Assembly: GCA_020137815.1 (NCBI GenBank)
Contig: CM035360.1
Coordinates: 7,192,001 to 7,256,000, forward strand
DNA: 64,000 bases
From: Hormiphora californensis
Lineage: Eukaryota > Animalia > Ctenophora
Direction of reading: 5' to 3'
Below are positions 1 to 30,654 of the stretch, piece by piece. A program made the position numbers and the translations under genes. Numbering within the stretch: the first letter of the stretch is position 1; the number at the start of each line of letters is the position of its first letter. The notes below the pieces were generated by a model, which was given only the letters and a program-made list of their open reading frames with translations, ran no database searches and had not been told where the DNA came from.

Positions 1-287
1 AACTAATGTGTCACATGTTCAGTTTGTGTCGCATACAGTTGTGACAATGATCTTATTAGCAAGTGTGTTTGTTATGTTTGCACTTCACTCTTCTTCCACC
101 ACTAGTACTACTGGTTAAACAATGCCCACAACCACGTGCCATGTCTCACTCACAGTGCCATGTCTCACAACACTGTGCCATGTGTCTCACTCACAGTGCC
201 ATGTCTCACAATACAAAGAAAGTATTAACAATACATGCCTTGCTTGACCCTGTTTCACCGCACTTGTAAAGGAGGGTTAGAACATAC

Positions 288-1604
288 CTTAGAAAGAGTG
301 TGTATCAGGGTATGCCTCAGCCTCCTCTCTCCTGGGCCACGTGCTCAAACCAGCTTCCATACAAACACCGACCCTCCAGATACAGATCAACCCATCTGTC
401 CCATGTCAAATCTGTAATAAAGGAACATGTGTCATATAAGGAACGTACAGTATGTGTTAGAGAGGTCTGTCAAGCAAGGGTATGACGTCATTTATGACGT
501 CAGTTGTGACGTCATATAAATAATACATCAAGCCGTGACGTTATACACGTCTAGGATGGAAGTCCCACTTCTATCTCAACAAGTACACCCGCGTGACACG
601 TGCTCTCTATCTCTCTCACGGTTCACTGTTACTCCATGTCCCTTATCTTGGTTCCTTGTACAAGAAGGCCCAACCAGAGAGGGTAATATGATAAAGCAAA
701 CCGGTTATTCTGTTCATACCCCACCGCTCCGGTTTAAGTGCGCTCCCTCCCCTCAATATACCCCAATTTCCCAACCACTCCTTAAATTATATACCCCACA
801 CCGTCTCTATCACCTAATCATCACCTAATCATCATGCTAATAAAACCTTACTTCAGCACCAAAGGTCACATAACCACGGATTATTTCGAAGTTCGCCACA
901 GCATTTCGAAGAGGGTTCCGGGCTATGTAGATACTTTTACAGTCAGGGGGTAGTTTCGAGTACGGGACACTGAAATGAAACATTATTAATTTTGCACATT
1001 ATTACGTCATTCTCTCTCCTACTCTCTCTACTTATTATGACGTCATTTTCTCTCCTACTTACTGTGTTTGAATCTCTGGGGAGGGTAGTTCCTCCAGTGT
1101 TCGTTAGAGTGGCCCTCAAGCCACTTGGCCAGATCAGAAGGTGCTATCTCTGGCGCCATGCCAAGGATGAACTTTATCATGTTCTGGCTCCAATTGGAAC
1201 CTGCCAGATGATGAAACGTGATGTTACAGACCCGGTCAGATTAGCAGCAGGAGTGTATATATGTTGTACAGTCGAGCCCCGATTTACCGGGATGATTGGG
1301 TTGCCGATAAATAGAGGGTCCGATAAATAGGGGGTCCGATAAATAGGGGGGTTCCGATAAATAGGGGTCCGACTGCATACCTGATCGCAAGTGCAGCAAA
1401 TATAAAGATCAGTGTCCCTGCTCTTGAACTGTTCCATCTCGTCCATCCTGTCTGCCCATGTTCCACCGTGGTAGTTATGGAAGGGGTGGACATAACACCA
1501 TTCTTATCGAAAACAGGGTGGAAGGTGGTACTGTAGTTGAAAGGGTTTTTAGTATAATGCTCAGACCAGTCCGGACACGGCTGGATCATGATATGAATCC
1601 ATCT
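288..1604 (-). pseudogene. Sulfotransferase_1-family (cytosolic SULT-like) gene with several apparent frameshifts; 3' part probably continues left of the window
   Basis: GT-AG exons at ~1380-1604, ~1062-1201, ~852-979 and ~288-411 give FKSRDTDLYIC..LRSG|SNWSQ (5'-PSB-like), VPYSKLPPDCKSIYIARNP (3'-PB-like) and LYLEGRCLYGSWFEHV. At least four single-base indels are needed to keep frame, so this is either a pseudogene or a consensus error. Confidence 0.8.
1269..1375. mobile_element. Short Tc1/pogo-type MITE (CAGTCG...CGACTG termini)
   Basis: Imperfect TIRs, left TA flank and internal ccgataaatagggg repeats. Related ends at 18935-19802, 55826-55897 and ~60215-60368. Confidence 0.7.
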
Positions 1605-1617
1605 CTGTATAGATTAT

Positions 1618-4600
1618 ACTTGACTTACTTACTTGACTTAAGGGAGTGGTATTCTCGAACGCTGTAGGTCAGTTTTCGCCAAGGTCTCGGCCAGCCATCA
1701 TTGAAGATATCTCTGCTAAGCTCTTCACTCCAGTATCTCTTCGTATGGTGTCCACGAATGTAAGGTTTGGTCTCCCTCTTTTCGTTTTACCGTGGGAGGG
1801 TTCCCATAACAATACTGAGTGAAGTGTAGCTCAGGGTGTCTAAACGCGTGGCCAGCATGTCTAGGCGTCTCTCTGCTATTTGGTGCTGAGAATCGGTAGG
1901 TCACCATACAGCTCGCAGTTGGTCATCCTCAGGAGATACTGGTTTTTATTCAGTGCCATCCTGAGCATTCGAGTGTAGGTGCCGTTTTAGACTACGCTCT
2001 TGATCCCTAGTAAGCGTCCAAGTTCACAGCCGTACAGCAGAACAGATTCTACAAATGCCACAAAACAATCGGACCTTTCATCATCTTTAAGACTCGAGTT
2101 CCAGATCTCTTGAGTTTATGACATGCCACCATGCTTTAGCCTTCTGGTGTTAATGTCCCGGGTGGAGTCGGCGATCCAACTACCAAGATACTTGAAGTCC
2201 TGTACCCTCTTGATGCTCTCTCCCGATAGAGATGTTAACTGCCCTGGGTATCGATGCCCTCTGTCAGGAATTCTGTCTTACCAAGTTACAACGGAGGCCA
2301 ATTTGGCCACACACGGTTTCCACCTCCTTGAGCAGAGTTCCAAGTTGTTCAGTAGAGTCGGCAAGGAGGCTAGCAGCTAGACGTCAGCAAAACTCCGTAT
2401 CCGATACCCGTTGAGCCTCAATCGGTCGAGATCTGGTACCCCGTGCTGGTTGGATGGTGAAACCAATCTCCGGGTGCCTCGAGAGTGCCGACTGTGCAGT
2501 AGTCCAGTGCTATTATAAAATAAATAGGGTGAGGCGTATCGCCCTGTAACACCCCGGCAACAATTTCAAAGAGAGCAGATTCTCCTCAGCGGTAATGACC
2601 TTGCCCTTGTGTTTGTGTAGAGCCAAGATATAAGGTCCACTATCCGTGCTGGAATCCCAACGCTCTGAGATCTTCATCAAAGATTTCCGTTGATGCTGTC
2701 GAAGGCTTTGCCGAAAAATCTAAATACCATCGCAACAGGAAGATTCTTTGCCCTCGCACCTTCAAGAATCCGCCTCAAAGTGAGAACATGATTAGTAGTG
2801 GATCGGCCTTCCCTGAACCCGTTCTGATTATCGCTGAGCAGAGTTTCCACATGGGGCCTAATTCTGTGGAGGATCATCCGATTTAGCGTTTTAGCTACAA
2901 TCGAAGTCAGAGCTATCCCACGGTAGTTGCCGGGTTTTGAAAGGTCGCCCTTTTTTGGGACTGGGGTCAGGTTGCTTATTCGCCACTGATCCGGGAACTT
3001 CCCCATTTAGTGCTCCGTTACAGAACTCCAGTACAATGTCATCACATCGCATTCTTTAGTACTTCTGGAGGGATTGAGTCATCCCCAAACGCCTTGGTTC
3101 CTTCAGTCTAGACTTCGCTGACTTCAGCTCGTCTGAGTAAAGGGGCCAAACTTCGATGGGCCAGGAGGGTATCTCCGGAATTTCCAGATCTCCATCAGTC
3201 GATTCAACCTGTGTCCGAGTGGTGTCTTGAATGGTTGTACCATATCTCAACTCTATCATCGGTGAGTCACCTCAATTGACTTTGCTCTCCGTGGTGTGTC
3301 CCGAAATTTCGTTGATCAACCTCCAGCTTTCCTGGTCTTGGCGTGCTTAGTAGCAACCTCAACCTTACCAATCTTGTTCTCCAGAATTCAGAGTGCACAT
3401 TTTCGTACGCATTCTGTAGGTCCTTCTTCGCGGTTCCGATTCTATCCAAGGTTTCCTCAGATGGGGAGAATGGTACTGCTGGCTTGCAGTTCTCACATTT
3501 TCCCTGCTCGTTTAACCTGAAAATCATCAGCCACCACGTCTCTGATCCTCTTCGCTTCTCCCCCGTAGAGTTTGCTCGTCTGCCCCAACACGCTTAACTA
3601 GACATCCATATCGCTCGGTCGCATCTCCCTGTTTTCTATGGCTGAATCTAACACTGCGAAGCGGTTATGCACTCCACAGAGAACCTTCCTGCAGTTCTGG
3701 GTAGATTTCAGCTCTCGTAGCGATAAGAGGTGCCTCCGGGGGTGGTGTTTTACGTTTCCGCAGTGTTAGCTTCAGTTTAACAGTGACCGCCCTATGGTCC
3801 GATCCGAGAGAACTAAATATCTCAGATACATCGGCGTCCTATATTGTTCGCATTCCTACGCACTAGTATATAGTCCTTGGTGGATTTACTGAGAGTACCG
3901 TCCGAAAGGTGGGCCAGAGGCGGCATTTCCGTTTCTGAAAAAAGCACATAGCAACCTCCATATTCGCCTCCGTCGAGAGTCCTTCAGACAGAGTCCATTA
4001 GGGCTAGTGCTCTTGTGGTAGTACCATCTGAGGGGGAATCCGACCAGCCGAGTTTCGCATTGAAATCTCCCGCCACGACCACTAGATTGTGGGCAGGGAT
4101 AGTGTTTATACAATCCCTTAGGTCATGGTGAAACTTCTCTACTTCATCTCTGCTGTAGCCCTCCGTTGGTGAATACACAGAGACTACAGTGAAACGAGGG
4201 TTCCCTGCAAACGTAACCTTAGGATGCGAGGTGAGACAAACCTCCTTCTCCGTAATCAGCTTCCACGCGCTGTGCCCTCATGGCGATCCCACGCCCCCCA
4301 TGAAGCCCCTCTTGGTTTCTCTCGGCTGTAGATGTTAAGAGGACGCAGTCTGACCAGCCGGAGTAATGCGTTAAACCTCACCCGGTGCATGCACTATCCG
4401 ATGTTTGAATTGCGAGCACCACCAAGTTTGCTATTGCAGAACTTATAAGCCAGCTCCTCTTGCCGTTCGACTGTACGTAAGGTACGACAGTTTAGAGTTC
4501 CAATGAACGTTTGGCTAATATCCATAAAACTTTCCTCATTATTTTTTCTTCACGCATTTACGTCTGCGGGCGTGACTCCACAGAAAGACAATCTAGCATT

Positions 4601-4920
4601 AGAAATAAAGGCGCGAACCGACTTACTACACTTCAGCTGGCGCTGGGTAGAAGAGATTTTTAGATTAATTTGTGACCGTAAACATGAATCACTAGCAAGG
4701 GATTGGATCTCTCTAGAGTTAGCCAGGACAACATAAATGGGAGTTGAACTGAAGGACTCTGAGTGCATAATTCAAACTGGTGTGTCCACTAAGCCTATAG
4801 AAGGCAGAGTGGTGCATGTTCAGTGGTTCACTACCACACTTTAGCCCACGTTGCCACCGTACATAAAATACAGCAGTCTTTTTAGGACTCGTGGTTAACC
4901 ACCCCTAGGTGTTCTGTCAT
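1618..4920 (-). mobile_element. RTE-clade-like non-LTR retrotransposon (APE + RT), frameshifted
   Basis: RT fragment 2677-3006 (PKKGDLSKPGNYRGIAL...QNGFREGRST...KAFDSI), APE fragment 3984-4178 (YSPT...VVAGDFNAKLG), and a short taag/tcaag tandem tail at 1618-1640. The 5' boundary is approximate. Confidence 0.85.
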
Positions 4921-5028
4921 TACTCAGCATCGGACCTATGTGCCTCCTCCCTATGACATGCAACAATCAATAAGGGGAAGATAAGAGGGGCAAATAAGGG
5001 GAAGATAAGAGGGGCAATAAGGGGAAGA

Positions 5029-5677
5029 CAGGGGTGGCCCCAGCCCGGATTTTTTGGGGGGGTGGGTGGCCGAAGGCCACACTTCAACTCCAAACTAGCG
5101 ACCGAGGTGCCGCGAAGCGGCGGAGGGAGTGCGGCAGGGGGGTGTGGGGGCGCAGCCCCCAACGGGTCACGGGGCAGAGCGCCTTGGTGGGGCTAGGGGG
5201 CGAAGCCCCCGGAAAATTTTAGTTTTTGATGAATTATAAGCAATTTAGAACAAATTTTTTAAACAATTTTCAGCCCTTTTAGAAAACTTTTTCAACGAGT
5301 TTCAGTCACAAGGGGCGAAGCCCCGGAAATTTTAATGAATTAAAAGCAATTTAGAACAATATTTTATCGATTTTCAGCCCTTGGTGGGAGCAATTTTCAG
5401 CCTTTTAGAAAAACTTTTTAATGATGTTCAGCCCCTGGTGTGGGTAAGGGGCGAAGTCCCCGGAAAATTTTAGTTTTTGATCAATTCTAAGCAATCAGAA
5501 CAATATTTTAACGATTTTCAGCCCTTGGTGCGGTGTGGGGCGAAGCCCCCGGAAAATTTTAGATTTTGATCAATTTAAAGCAATTTAGAACACATTTTAA
5601 GCTATTTTACCACCCCCAACAACCCCTGTTTGAAAAGTTTTGGGGGGGGTGGACCCCCACCACCCAGGCTGGGCCAC
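5029..5677. mobile_element. GC-rich MITE-like element with internal gggcgaagccccggaaaatttt subrepeats
   Basis: Terminal inverted gtggccc(c)agcc / ggctgggccac and four ~95-120 bp internal repeats. The motif ggggaagataagagggg occurs on both sides. Confidence 0.6.
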
Positions 5678-5759
5678 ATAGCGGGGAAGATAAGAGGGGC
5701 AGATTAAAGAGCGGTACTGAACCAAGGGTTTTAAATATTGACCAGTAAGAGACACTAAC

Positions 5760-5794
<35 letters not shown>

Positions 5795-5830
5795 CTCCTC
5801 TCTCTCTCTCCTCTCTCCTCTCTCTTCCGG

Positions 5831-8818
5831 AGTGGGTCGCCATTGGGTGAGCTGATGGATCACGGGATTGACAGTAATTGTATGTGGATGTTACCTGTCA
5901 CACTCATGAGTAAGTAGCATTATACATGGCCGATAGCATGTCACGTGATGCCCATATATGGCATGTCACCTGGTTCCCATATAATATGGTGATTCAACAT
6001 TGCAAAATTGTAACTCAGCCAAATAAAAACGAAGAACGAACAATGAACAAGATAAATCCAACTCCCAGTAACTACCTATCTATCTCCCTAGGTGTTCTTG
6101 GTTCAGATTCCAGCACATCTGGTATTGCAATGCAGTACGCTCCCCTTCTCCTTCTCTCCCTCACATTCAACTTCTGGGTGTCTCACTGGGAGAAATACAA
6201 CACTGGGGTGCTCTACCTTCCCTGGATGTTCGATATCGCACAAACGGTGAGTGTGGACAGAGAGAAAACACTACCAGGGTGTGCACTACCAATCAGTATA
6301 TTACTTGGTGATTACTTGAATTGCTGTGTTGTCCATGGCTTGGTATGAGTCTCATAACAATGCGGATAATGATGTTGAAAATTGAGACTTCGTATATTAT
6401 TAGGATCTGATACCGAATCTCAATTGTCCATAACAACTGAATTAGTTGAGCATATGATTACAGTAATATGCTCAACTAATTCTGTAATAACATTGCTTGA
6501 GATGTGTACTAACTACATACACTACTAAATAATTAACTAATTATTACCGAGACTATGACAGAAAGGAATCTCCTCGTTAGGTTCGATAGCAGTCACATCA
6601 TGTCGCGTCTTCTCCCTTATCACCTTGTACCACTCACTCACTTTCTCACTATCAAGCTCCATATATCACAGTTGGGATGGGAGTGAGCAAGGGAATTAGC
6701 AACGTAGCTCGAACAAAAGATTGGGGAAATAGGATTCCTTTGTTGTGTGAGAGAGAGCTGCAATAGTGCGATGTGGTCATGTGATACCAAACAATACATG
6801 GCTGGGGAAGCTGCTCAAATAGGCGCAAGAGAGATCAAAATCTAAATACAAATGTATAAACGGGGTGAATAAAATCATGATAATAGATTACCGATTAATT
6901 ACTCTGTTTCCTCTCAGACTGTGGTGGGTCTGTTTCTACTGACTGGTATCATGACTCCTGCTGGATTAAAGGCTGCCTGTGCTCAGTACATTGCTCCAAT
7001 GAACACCCTCTTCTATATCTTCATTCCTCGTAAGTTGAGGTTTAGTTAGTAGTTACTACATAATTCTAGTAGAGAGAGGTTTGTACTGGGTGTGGTCTTA
7101 ACTTTGGTGTTCTAAATTCAATGTATTTTCAGTTGGCTTCCTCGGTTCCCTCCTTCTAAGTGTCTACAACGTATACAAGTAAGCTCCCCTGGCCCCTCCC
7201 CAGTGAATATATGCAGCGATTAGTGCACAGTACACTGAACACACGTACAGTTGTTAAATCTCAATATGAGCTTACTAATAGCGGCGTGAGAGTGGCAAAT
7301 GAGGATTGGATGTAACGCGCGATATGATTTTATAGAACAACTCGCGCGGTGGATATCCCAAGATAGCGCGGTGCAGTTGCCGTTTCCGGAATTCCATTTT
7401 AGAAACTCCGATGTAAAGTCGGATTTTTTGAAACTGTCACCCCCCTGAGTTTTCAAATTTCTTTAAATGACCATAAGTCCGGTTCCTGATGAGATAGAGA
7501 CTTGAAATTTGGAGGTTATAAAGATCTTGCTAAGTTCTTCCGAACCTCCAAATTTCAAGTCTCTATCTTATCAGGAACCGGAGATATGACAAATTTGTTA
7601 TTTCAGGGGGGTGACAGTTTCAAAAAATCCGACTTTACACTGTTACAGTGTAAAATGAAAATGATAATTGAAAAACTCCTTTCCTTCCCACAGGGCAGTA
7701 CAAGCAGGAACGCTCAAACAGACAACATTCTTTGGCATGATGCGGCCCTGGGTGTCCTACATCATTCTGAATCTGCTGCTGTGCTCCTACACAGTGTTTA
7801 GTGAGGACGCCTACCTGGCCCATCCCAGGGTGTGGACCATTGCATACGGGTTCTCCTTCTCTTCTTTAGTGGTAAATATATGGGGCAGTGGTAAATATAT
7901 GGGGCAGTGGTAGATATATGGGGCAGTGGTAAATATATGGGGCAGTGGTAAATATATGGGGCAGTGGTAAATATAAGGGGCAGTGGTAAATATAAGGGGC
8001 AGTGGTAAATATAAGGGACAGTGGTAAATATAAGGGGCAGTGGTAAATATACGGGGCATTGGTAAATATATGGGGCAGTCGTAAATATATGGGGCAGTGG
8101 TAAATATACGGGGCATTGGTAAATATATGGGGCAGTCGTAAATATATGGGGCAGTGGTAAAGATATGGGGCAGTCCGCAGTGGTAAAGATATGGGGCAGT
8201 GGTAAAGATATGGGGCAGTGGTAAATATAAGGGGCAGTGGTAAATATATGGGGCAGTGGTAAAGATATATAAGAGAGATTGCCATAGGTTCAACCCATTG
8301 GGTTGTGTAAATTAACAATCTATATCAGGAGCGATAAATACAATTCACCCAATCACCTCTATTGAATATAACCCTCCCTCTCTCATAGTGTCGGTTGATG
8401 GTTAACCAGATGTGTAGCACTGATTGTGATATTATCGACCCCCTCATCCCCCCTCTCGGTATTGCCTGGTTCCTGGGGGTCGTGGTTGGGATTGAGCCAA
8501 CTATTGTCATCACTGTGTACAGCGTGTTCGCTATGGGGTCCTTCTTCCACCTTAGCTACACAGTGGTAAGTTTTAATGTCAATTTATTTGACTTAGTACC
8601 ATTATATTGTTGTCTATCTTGTTAGTGGTAAGTTGTATTTGAGCACATAAAGTCACCCCCAAGCTCGTAATCTGATTTCATTCCTCCTTTTTGGGAATGA
8701 TTCTAAATTCTGAATCCCCGTTCCTTCAACTCCGCTAAATCCCTCTCTATTTCAGGTGAACGATATTTGTGATCATTTGAACATATGTTGCTTCCTTATC
8801 ACACGAAAAAGACGCTAA
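5831..8818 (+). CDS. SELENOI: Ethanolaminephosphotransferase EPT1/SELENOI-like (CDP-alcohol phosphotransferase), 3' exons only
   Basis: Exons ~5831-5909 (SGSPLGELMDHGIDS), 6092-6246 (SHWEKYNTGVLYLPWMFDIAQ, EPT1-type motif), 6918-7029, 7133-7178, 7694-7871, 8389-8565 and 8756-8818 (ends ...CCFLITRKRR, TAA). The N-terminal DGKQARR-type exon was not found in the window. Confidence 0.88.
7413..7638. mobile_element. Foldback MITE (taaagtcggattttttgaa TIR), intronic
   Basis: Near-perfect TIR of ~35 bp plus an inner inverted pair. A copy with the same ends and a different interior lies at ~17712-17983. Confidence 0.8.
7868..8270 (+). repeat. 19-bp minisatellite (ggtaaatatatggggcagt), ~21 units, starting at an EPT1 splice donor
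   Basis: Directly visible tandem array. Confidence 0.95.
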
Positions 8819-9075
8819 AAAGCGTTCTATGCGAGGACACTATGTGTGTGCGTGTGTGTGCTGTTTGAATTGTTTCCTATTTAGTGTCAACTTGCTGTGC
8901 ACGATCTGTAGAATTGTATGATGTATATCACAATCACGTTGATTATATTTCCGTATATTATATCCCAATTGAACTTGAAGAAATCGCTTTTTCTTTTTGA
9001 TACAATTAAACGGTTCCTGCTATCATTGTCAAGTATCACTGTAACCGCGGCGATTGATTAAACCCCAGCACTTAA

Positions 9076-10377
9076 GGGTACACCTGGCGTTTTTCATCAT
9101 CGAGTGCCCAACCAAATGACTTCACCAGGGTTTAGGCCATACAAAATGGACCTCAAATATGCAATTTTAGCCCTAAAGTCGAATTCATATTTTTGCTACA
9201 GCCTATTTTCAAAGTGGCGTTTTTTCAATTTTTGTTGAAATTTTTAACCTCAGGACCACTTTTTTTGAGATAGAAACATTAAATTCTTGGAATTTGAAGA
9301 GAATATAAAGGTGAATAAGCCCAAAGAAGGATTTTTGAAATGGAGCTTATTTCTGGCCATGAGAACGGTTTACTTTTTTGCTTCTTTGACACGCTGGCTG
9401 AGAATGTTCCCATGCTTCATTAGAGATGAAAATCTGGAAATAGTTGCTCAAAACGATTATCTATGTGGCCCAAAAATTTTGGAACTTTCCCGCCAAAGAT
9501 GTGGTGTACAGAGCTTTTTTTGTGAAACCTGTCTTTTTGAAAAAGAGGGAAATTCCCTGTATCTCAAAAACGTATGATCGTAGAGACCTGGGACCAAGCT
9601 TAATCGATTCAGAAGGTCCGATTTTGGGGGGGTCTTCTGAGAGACATTTTGCTCCTACTCCAACCGATTTTGCTGTAATTGCAAAAAACTAATTCTATGA
9701 AAAGGGGAAACAACTCTATTCCAGTAGCCTGCTTCGGGCTGATTTCCCCCTTACTTGCTGATACCTTTTTCGCAATTACAGCAAAAACGGTTGGAGTAGG
9801 AGCAAAATGTCTCTCAGAAGACCCCCCCAAAATCGGACCTTCTGAATCGATTAAGCTTGGTCCCAGGTCTCTACGATCATCCGTTTTTGAGATACAGGGA
9901 ATTTCCCTCTTTTTCAAAAAGACAGGTTTCACAAAAAAGCTCTGTACACCACATCTTTGGCGGGAAAGTTCCAAAATTTTTGGGCCACATAGATAATCGT
10001 TTTGAGCAACTATTTCCAGATTTTCATCTCTAATGAAGCATGGGAACATTCTCAGCCAGCGTGTCAAAGAAGCAAAAAAGTAAACCGTTCTCATGGCCAG
10101 AAATAAGCTCCATTTCAAAAATCCTTCTTTGGGCTTATTCACCTTTATATTCTCTTCAAATTCCAAGAATTTAATGTTTCTATCTCAAAAAAAGTGGTCC
10201 TGAGGTTAAAAATTTCAACAAAAATTGAAAAAACGCCACTTTGAAAATAGGCTGTAGCAAAAATATGAATTCGACTTTAGGGCTAAAATTGCATATTTGA
10301 GGTCCATTTTGTATGGCCTAAACCCTGGTGAAGTCATTTGGTTGGGCACTCGATGATGAAAAACGCCAGGTGTACCC
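9076..10377. mobile_element. 1.3-kb foldback DNA element with TTAA flanks (Kolobok-like non-autonomous)
   Basis: TTAA|GGGTAC...GTACCC|TTAA with ~610-bp nearly identical inverted arms and a ~75-bp spacer. Purine-start termini with TTAA fit Kolobok rather than piggyBac. Confidence 0.85.
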
Positions 10378-10862
10378 TTAAACCCCAGCACTTTAATACA
10401 ACGGATGGTGACTGGGGCCAGGGAATTCTCGTTGAAGGACTTATCCCGGCGGGGAGAATTTATTTATAAGCCTTGGGGGTAAACGCCACTTTTTAACTTT
10501 TACAGTGCAATTTAACGCCGCGCAGTATTTGGATCGCGCGCTTCAACTGAGCTGAAAATGCAAATGATGATTTTGCTGAACTGGAATTTTTTCAGATTCT
10601 GTCGGGTTTTTTTTTGAAAAGCGCTGCCTTATCCCGCGCTGCGCGTGGCGCAGAACAGGGGGCCAGCAACGTTTGCCAAGGTTTTTTTAAACTTTCAAAA
10701 TAGAAATCTAAAACTTTTGGCGATATCTCTGGTGATTGGTACGGCAGCAATAGTACGATTGATTTTAAGATACGCCTTTAATCAGTTTTAGGTCAACTAT
10801 ACAGATAAAATTTTCACAGGGGAACACATTTTGGAATTTTTGATGAAATATTCTTACAGATT

Positions 10863-24200
<13,338 letters not shown>

Positions 24201-24490
24201 CTCTACTGCGTGGTCGAACTCCTACATGATAGAGAGGGTTCGGGGAAACCAGTAATTCCGAGAGAAAGTCGAGACAAGGATGGAGGGGGTTATTGGGGAG
24301 AGAAACTGAGAAAGCGATAAGATAAACTTTCTCAGAATCCAATAAGGAGGGTATTTTTTGTATATAGGCTATGTATAACATATTTCCATTCTATGCTTCG
24401 TGACACATCAAAATATCTGGGTTTCTACTTTCTAGCGTCATATTCTCGTGGTGGGCCCGCAGTGCCATGACCGGCATTAATATGGAATAT

Positions 24491-24524
<34 letters not shown>

Positions 24525-24653
24525 TGTGTGTGTGGAGGTGAGAGGGGAACAGTGACTGGAGGGGGAGAGAGAGATTAATATGGAATAAACGAGAAATACA
24601 TTTATGCCCTACTTCGTACTGATTGCCCTCTTTCTCCAATCATTTCACCTCGA

Positions 24654-24776
<123 letters not shown>

Positions 24777-24992
24777 ACTCTCTCAGATCCGTCATTTCTC
24801 TCTCCTTCTCACTCTCCTTAGAAGCAATATTGTGCAGTGACCTACCTCCCTCGATTTGTGATTGGTGGAGAGCATATCACGTGAGGGAAATATCTTAATA
24901 TGATTGGTCCACTCCCTCGTCACGTGGCCATACCCTCCGCATGACTAGCGCCGGTCATGACTAGAGACTCCCTTGAGCGAAAGAGGCAGAGA

Positions 24993-25063
<71 letters not shown>

Positions 25064-25296
25064 GAGAGAGAATGAGTGAGAGAGAGAGGGGGGAGAGAGA
25101 GAATCGGCAGAGTGCGTTATCTGCTGTATTTCTGAGAATCTTGTCCCAGTGCGTTGAAGAAGGCAGCAGTTTCTTGGAATTCACTCCGTTGCTATATAAC
25201 AACTTCACGCAGGGAGACCCCTTCAACTCGCCCAGTCCTCGAACTCTCTTTGCACTCTATTGACAAGGTTTAGTTTTGTTTAAATTGCACATCAAC

Positions 25297-28056
<2,760 letters not shown>

Positions 28057-28282
28057 TCCCTGGTATAATGCCCCCCATCCCTGAACACCAAGTAATGTAA
28101 AGTAAAGTGCAATGTCCCCTCACCCTGTTAATCACACCTTTGTGGGCACATGTCTTCCTCTCTCTCAAGCTGGCTTCTAACTAACCACTGCAGCAGTGGT
28201 TACAAAAGATTGCGTTATATAACTCATTCCAAGTAGACCCCTTTCTTTCCAAGTATTAAAAGCCATTAGTTCAAATCCAGTG

Positions 28283-28413
<131 letters not shown>

Positions 28414-28829
28414 CACCCCACACACACTCACTACCTCAATTTGACCTTTCAGGGAGTAGAATGCACTGTTTCGTAAATATTATATCTCGCTCTCACTACC
28501 CTTCATGACTCATACCACCCTAGCACGCAAGATTTAATATATCTTCTTATTTCAGGTCTAACTATCACGGACAGTATGTCTCTCTATCTGACTCTGAAAC
28601 TAATCACCCTCTCAACTATCCTCTCTACCACCTGAGGAAGAAGAAAAACTTGATGAATCCAGAAAGAGATGTGATGAATTTAGAGCTGGTAACGACCTGG
28701 AACTGCAGACAATATTTGAATATTATAACAGGCGATATATCGGCTTTGAAACAGAAAACTGAGTGTTCTGTCAAGTAGTATAACGGCGAAAGAGGTTCTT
28801 TTTCAGCCATATTCTACTTGACAATCACC

Positions 28830-30318
<1,489 letters not shown>

Positions 30319-30406
<88 letters not shown>
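30319..30406. repeat. (GT)n microsatellite, right flank of the ORF1-only element
   Basis: Pure dinucleotide run. Confidence 0.97.
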
Positions 30407-30408
<2 letters not shown>

Positions 30409-30489
30409 GTTGTATCTCACTTCTCAGATATATATATATATATATATATATGGTTAGAGAATCCATTAACAATCAGAATATGTGTGTAA

Positions 30490-30654
30490 TACTGTGTGTT
30501 TTTAAATGACTGGGACTGTTCTAATCGACGTCAAAAGTTGTGAATAAATGGCAGGTAGCCATCTACCTTGTCCTAAAATTTCAAAGTAAAATATTCACAA
30601 CTTTTGACGCTATGTTCATTTGAACAGTCCCAGTCATTTAAAAACACACAGTAT
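30490..30654. mobile_element. Small foldback MITE
   Basis: Inverted atactgtgtgtttttaaatgactgggactgttc plus inner cgtcaaaagttgtgaata arms. Confidence 0.7.

Noticed and set aside
7811-8318. 160-aa and 150-aa repetitive ORFs; CRISPR-like appearance of the array
   Set aside because: Translations of a 19-bp minisatellite with no unique spacers, in a eukaryotic intron.
9287-10166. Mirror-image ORFs MEFEENIKVNKPKEG... on both strands
   Set aside because: By-product of the inverted arms, with a non-ATG start and no transposase motifs.
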